A stretch of DNA of 63,232 nucleotides, counting the filler, from Actinomycetota bacterium (GTDB taxonomy: Bacteria > Actinomycetota > Actinomycetes > JAKEEW01): assembly GCA_046725875.1 (NCBI GenBank). It is 5 parts of 5 records of this genome, joined end to end, with 100 filler letters (N's around TTAATTAATTAA, not from the genome) between each part and the next. Parts side by side here need not be neighbours in the genome. Positions count along the whole stretch, not along the records: positions 54,802 to 63,232 come from JBKOZJ010000194.1; 4 more parts are not named here. One strand, 5' to 3'. Made by a program: the position numbers and the translations under genes. Below are positions 59,277-63,232 of this stretch, in pieces (within the stretch, counting starts at the first letter, position 1; every line of letters begins with the position of its first letter). The notes beneath the pieces are model-generated. The model worked only from the letters and a program-made list of their open reading frames with translations. It ran no database searches and was not told where the DNA came from.

Positions 59277-59879
59277 GTGCAGGAGGTGCTTCACCGGCTC
59301 ATCCAGCGCCATCATTTCGCGGACGGTCAGGCATATGACCGGCACGCCGGCCGAATCTTTGGAGGCATGTATCGGCGGGTCGCCGATGATGTTGCGACGG
59401 CAGCGCCGCGCGGCGGCGTGGTGCTCGATGGTGGCTGCGGCACCGGCCAACTTGCCGTAAGCATCGCGTACCGGCGGCCAGACCTGCTGGTGTACGGGTT
59501 AGACCTGTCGACCGGAATGATCGGGGCAGCCGAGCGACGCGCCAAGCAAGACGGAGTTGCCGGCCGTGTGCACTTTACGGTCGCCGACCTAGCGGCTCTG
59601 CCCTTGCCCGATGCCTGCGTCGACCTGGCCGTGTCAACCGCAAGCTTGCACCACTGGATCGACCCGGGGACCGTGTTGGCCTCCCTGAACCGGATCCTGC
59701 ACCCGCGCGGCCGGATCCTCCTTTATGACCTGCGCTGGGTCCGCACCAATACCGTGAGATCCGCCGCCCGCGATCAGCACGGCCAACTTGACCGCGTACT
59801 CATCCGCACCGGCGCATTCCCCGTCGCGCTCTTCCAGCGTCTTGCGATCGAGCCTGGACCGCAGCGGGCCACACCATAA
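59277..59879 (+). CDS. Class I SAM-dependent methyltransferase
   Basis: VLDGGCGTG, GLDLS, D...LP, SLHHW, L.P.G. Confidence 0.9.
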   Translation: MQEVLHRLIQRHHFADGQAYDRHAGRIFGGMYRRVADDVATAAPRGGVVLDGGCGTGQLAVSIAYRRPDLLVYGLDLSTGMIGAAERRAKQDGVAGRVHFTVADLAALPLPDACVDLAVSTASLHHWIDPGTVLASLNRILHPRGRILLYDLRWVRTNTVRSAARDQHGQLDRVLIRTGAFPVALFQRLAIEPGPQRATP

Positions 59880-59958
59880 GCCAAGCGGATCCACCTGAAC
59901 CATGGCGCGATTGCCGGCAAGTCGTCGTTCGCGGGAACCCTTGTTGCTGCCATCGGCG

Positions 59959-61533
59959 TCACGCATCGGCGATCTGCGCCGGGGCGTCTGCCTTCGCTGT
60001 TGGCTCGCCGGCGGCTTGAACCGGTTGGCGCTCGATCTCGCGTTCGCGGACGAGCCACAGGGCGAGGACTGCGCCGGCGAAGCTGAGGACCCCGCCGAGC
60101 ATTAGCACATCGTTGAGTCCTAGGAGGAATCCCTCACCAGCGGCCTCCGCCAGCGCCGGCCGAGTGCCAGCAGGGAACGCCGCAAGAGCGTGGTCGAGGG
60201 TGCCCGAGGAGGCGGCCTCGAGGAGCTCGCGTGGACGGTTCCCGACAGCTGCCGGGGTCCCCGCCGTCAGCTCGCTGATCTTGTCTGCGCCGCGTCCGAC
60301 GAATATGGCGCCCCAGACGGCGACGCCGACAGCGACCCCGACCTGCCGGAAGGTGTCGTTGATCCCGGCCGCCATGCCGCTCCGCTCCTTCGGGACGACG
60401 CTCACGGCTACTTCTGCGATTACTGGGTTGAGCAGTCCCGATCCAGCGCCCGCCACCAGGAACCCGCCGAGCAGCGTCGTCCACTCGGAGCCCGCGTCGA
60501 TCCCGGACATCAGCAGCAGACCGAGACCGGTGAGACCGAGGCCGCCGCAGAGCAGCAGGGACGCGGGAATGCGCCCGATCAGCGCGCCCGCGATCGCGCT
60601 GCACAAGAAGATCATCACGGTGGTGGGCAAGTAACGCAGCCCGGTTTCGAAAGGCGAGTGCCCAAGGTAGTTCTGGAGATACAACGTCAGGTAGAGGAAC
60701 ATCGCGTAGAGCGATGCGGACAAGGCGAACGCTGCAACTTGTACGCCGGTAAAGGATGGAGTCCGGAAGAGCCCGAGGGGAAGCATCGGTTCGCGGACGT
60801 GACGCTCGATTGCGATGAACGCCAAGAGCAAGGCGGCTGAGCCGGCGAAGAGCGACACGATGAGCCTGCTGCTCCAGCCCTCTTCGTTCCCCCGCAGGAG
60901 CGCGAGGACGAGTAGGAAGAGTGCGCCGCTGAAGGTCGCGACCCCTGGCCAATCGACGCCGGTCGCCGCGGGGTCGCGGCTCTCCCGCAGCCGGAGATAA
61001 GTGATCGCGATCGCCGCGAGGCCGATCGGGACGTTCAGGTAGAAGATCGACTCCCAGCCGAGCGCGTCGGTGAGAGCACCCCCCACGAGTGGGCCAATCG
61101 CGACGGCGACTCCGATCGTGGCGCCGTACACGCCCATCGCCATCCCACGCTCGCGGCCGGCCCGAAACTCTTGGGCGATCAAAGCCAGGGAGACGGCGAA
61201 CATCACCGCTCCGCCCACGCCCTGCAGTGCACGGGAGAGATTGAGGGAGGTCGGCTCGGGCGCGAGCGCACAGAGCAGGGAGGCGACCGTGAAGATCACC
61301 AGCCCCGCGGCGAACACCCGGCGGCGCCCCAGCCGGTCGGCGAGCGACCCCGCAGTCAGCACGAGCGCCGCGAGGGTCAATGCGTACGCGTCGATGACCC
61401 ACTGCAGATCCGTGAAGCTGGCGTCGAGGTCCGCGCGGATCGAAGGCAGTGCCACGTTCACGACTGTGATATCGAGCAGGAGCATGAACGTCGCCACGGA
61501 AACAGCGAGCAGTGTCCACCACTTACGCTCCAC
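59959..61533 (-). CDS. MFS drug efflux transporter (DHA2, EmrB/QacA)
   Basis: LDITVVNVALP, LQWV..AY, G.L.DR.GRR, W..IF..N.PIG. Confidence 0.95.
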   Translation of the reverse strand: MERKWWTLLAVSVATFMLLLDITVVNVALPSIRADLDASFTDLQWVIDAYALTLAALVLTAGSLADRLGRRRVFAAGLVIFTVASLLCALAPEPTSLNLSRALQGVGGAVMFAVSLALIAQEFRAGRERGMAMGVYGATIGVAVAIGPLVGGALTDALGWESIFYLNVPIGLAAIAITYLRLRESRDPAATGVDWPGVATFSGALFLLVLALLRGNEEGWSSRLIVSLFAGSAALLLAFIAIERHVREPMLPLGLFRTPSFTGVQVAAFALSASLYAMFLYLTLYLQNYLGHSPFETGLRYLPTTVMIFLCSAIAGALIGRIPASLLLCGGLGLTGLGLLLMSGIDAGSEWTTLLGGFLVAGAGSGLLNPVIAEVAVSVVPKERSGMAAGINDTFRQVGVAVGVAVWGAIFVGRGADKISELTAGTPAAVGNRPRELLEAASSGTLDHALAAFPAGTRPALAEAAGEGFLLGLNDVLMLGGVLSFAGAVLALWLVREREIERQPVQAAGEPTAKADAPAQIADA

Positions 61534-61548
61534 CGCGGCTCAGCTCCC

Positions 61549-61575
61549 TGTCACATCACCGATATCGCATCCGTC
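61549..61575 (+). promoter_or_regulatory. ECF41 promoter facing the sigma gene
   Basis: TGTCACA-N16-CGTC, the exact ECF41 consensus. Confidence 0.8.
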
Positions 61576-61585
61576 ATCTCTATAG

Positions 61586-61612
61586 GACGGACCGCGAGGT
61601 GGAGATGTGACG
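61586..61612 (-). promoter_or_regulatory. ECF41 promoter facing the MFS gene
   Basis: Minus strand CGTCACA-N16-CGTC. Confidence 0.75.
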
Positions 61613-62497
61613 GTGGACGAGCAGGACTGGGCTGCCGAGCGATTCGAGGAGCACCGGACGCACTTGCGCGCAGTCGCCTATCGCATGCTCGGCTCGCTCA
61701 GCGAAGCGGACGACGCTGTGCAGGAGGCCTGGATGCGGCTCAGCCGGGCCGGCCCTCATGGCATCGACAACCTGGATGGATGGCTCACAACCGTCGTCGC
61801 GCGGGTCTGCCTAGACATGTTGCGGGCGCGCAAGGCGCGGCGTGAAGACTCTTTCGACGGTGTCTACGTCCTCGAGCCGATCGTCAGCTACGCGGACCGG
61901 CTTGATCCTGAACAGGAGGCGCTACTCGCCGACTCCGTCGGTCTCGCCCTGCTTGTGGTACTTGACACGTTGAGCCCAACCGAACGGCTCGCGTTCGTGC
62001 TGCACGACATGTTCGGAGTTCCCTTCAGTGAGATCGCGCCCATGGTCGGACGATCTTCCACTGCGGCCAGACAGCTCGCGAGCCGCGCCCGCCAGCGTGT
62101 ACGGGGGGCGGCCGTTCCCGACCCTGACATCCACCGCCAACGCGAGGTCGTCGACGCTTTCTTCGCCGCCGCCCATGGCGGTGACTTCGAGCGACTCCTC
62201 ACGGTGCTCGACCCGAATGTCGTGCTTCGAACAGACCGTGCCGTGCCACCGGGTTCGCCTGTGGTGTTCAGGGGTGCGCAAGATGTGGCCGGGCAGGCGC
62301 TGTTCTTCTCACGGCTGGCACCGTTTGTGCGACCGGCGCTCGTGAACGGAGCCGCCGGATGGGTCGTCGCTTTGCACCGACGGCCGTTCGCGGTCCTTGG
62401 CTTCACGGTCGTACACGAGAAGATCGTCGAGATCGATGTGATCGCCGATCCCGAGCGCATCAACCGGCTCGACGTGGCGGCCTTCGATGAGCGGTGA
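61607..62497 (+). CDS. ECF41-like sigma factor with SnoaL-like C-terminal domain
   Basis: HLRAVAYRMLGS, WLTTVVARVCLD, LADSVGLAL, ERLAFVLHD, ARQLASRAR, DPERI. Confidence 0.92.
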   Translation: MTVDEQDWAAERFEEHRTHLRAVAYRMLGSLSEADDAVQEAWMRLSRAGPHGIDNLDGWLTTVVARVCLDMLRARKARREDSFDGVYVLEPIVSYADRLDPEQEALLADSVGLALLVVLDTLSPTERLAFVLHDMFGVPFSEIAPMVGRSSTAARQLASRARQRVRGAAVPDPDIHRQREVVDAFFAAAHGGDFERLLTVLDPNVVLRTDRAVPPGSPVVFRGAQDVAGQALFFSRLAPFVRPALVNGAAGWVVALHRRPFAVLGFTVVHEKIVEIDVIADPERINRLDVAAFDER

Positions 62498-62547
62498 GTA
62501 CCACCTCCGGGGCCCATCGCTCCGAAGGAGACGAGAAAGGACGCGAA

Positions 62548-62994
62548 ATGGCAGCGATCAGTGGAAGCACCCAGATAGCCCGCCCTCCCGAGGAAGTCTT
62601 CGCCTACGCAACCGACTTCGCGCACTTCCCAGAATGGCAAGGCGGCGTCGTGTCGGTGAGCTCGGAGGCTGAGACGCCACCTAGGGTGGGCTCGCGGGCG
62701 GTCATCACGCGACGAGTCGGCCCCCGGCGGTTGACGGCCCCCGAAGAGGTCACCGAGCTGAATGCACCCAGGACCTGGTGCGTGCGTGCGGTCGATGGCG
62801 CGGTCGAAGCACGCGCCAGGGGTGTCGTTGAGCCGCTCGAAGACGGCCGACGGTCGCAGGTCACCATCTCCCTCGACTTCCACGGTCACGGGGTCGGGCT
62901 CCTGCTCGTTCCGTTGGTGATCCAACGGCAGGCGCGCAGGCAGCTACCGAGGAACCTGCAGAAGCTAAAGGCGGTTCTCGAGCGAGGCGCATAG
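62548..62994 (+). CDS. SRPBCC (START/polyketide cyclase-like) protein
   Basis: IARPPEEVF.Y..D....PEW, terminal L.KLK..LE. Confidence 0.9.
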   Translation: MAAISGSTQIARPPEEVFAYATDFAHFPEWQGGVVSVSSEAETPPRVGSRAVITRRVGPRRLTAPEEVTELNAPRTWCVRAVDGAVEARARGVVEPLEDGRRSQVTISLDFHGHGVGLLLVPLVIQRQARRQLPRNLQKLKAVLERGA

Positions 62995-63095
62995 CCGACG
63001 TCGCCTCGCCCTGTGAAGGCGCGACTCGGCGGGCGCGATCGAGGAACCTCCATCGGAGCTTGCTCGGTCAGTCGATCTCGGGGAACCGGTCCTGA

Positions 63096-63232
63096 TCAGG
63101 CGGCGGAGTCGGTCCGGTTGGCGGGGAGGAGTCCGTGCTCGCGGGCGTGGTCTTCGAGCAGGTCGCGCAGCTTGTGCCGGCCGCGGTGCAGCCGGGACAT
63201 CACGGTGCCGATCGGGCTGTCGGTGATCTGGG
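63096..63232 (-). CDS. SigR/SigH-like ECF sigma factor, C-terminal fragment
   Basis: [19 protein letters not shown]. Confidence 0.85.
   Translation of the reverse strand, partial: QITDSPIGTVMSRLHRGRHKLRDLLEDHAREHGLLPANRTDSAA

Overview
High-GC actinobacterial DNA (Actinomycetota, probably a draft or metagenome-assembled genome). The window is five unrelated contigs joined by four artificial 100-nt spacers (44 N + TTAATTAATTAA + 44 N), so no synteny should be inferred across 18590-18689, 33264-33363, 46805-46904 or 54702-54801. Contig 1 opens with a ~6 kb decayed mobile/defence-like patch: a frameshifted Xer-type tyrosine recombinase with a dif-like palindrome at its start, plus remnants of an SMC/OLD-type ATPase, a GIY-YIG nuclease, an XRE regulator and a broken pecM/pecS-like pair. 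It continues with an ECF56-type sigma/oxidoreductase unit and a FadR-regulated non-phosphorylative L-fucose-type catabolic cluster with a sugar ABC importer and a GH36-like glycosidase, and ends in a DUF222/HNH gene tail. Contig 2 is core genome: flavohemoprotein, hydroxyacyl-CoA dehydrogenase, PduO, DUF2550, the complete atp operon, wecA and tsaC, with four REP-like hairpins. Contig 3 holds an orphan PafBC+LexA DNA-damage promoter, a membrane-anchored SF2 helicase, pepN, serB and VOC/YciI genes. Contig 4 holds an ECF41 sigma tail, an LCP protein, a large repeat-plus-membrane-domain protein, alkA, an F420-dependent reductase and pgm. Contig 5 holds a two-component/ABC/methyltransferase module and an MFS-ECF41-SRPBCC unit with overlapping opposed ECF41 promoters. 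No rRNA, tRNA or CRISPR array was seen. All family calls come from motif recognition by eye, not from database searches.
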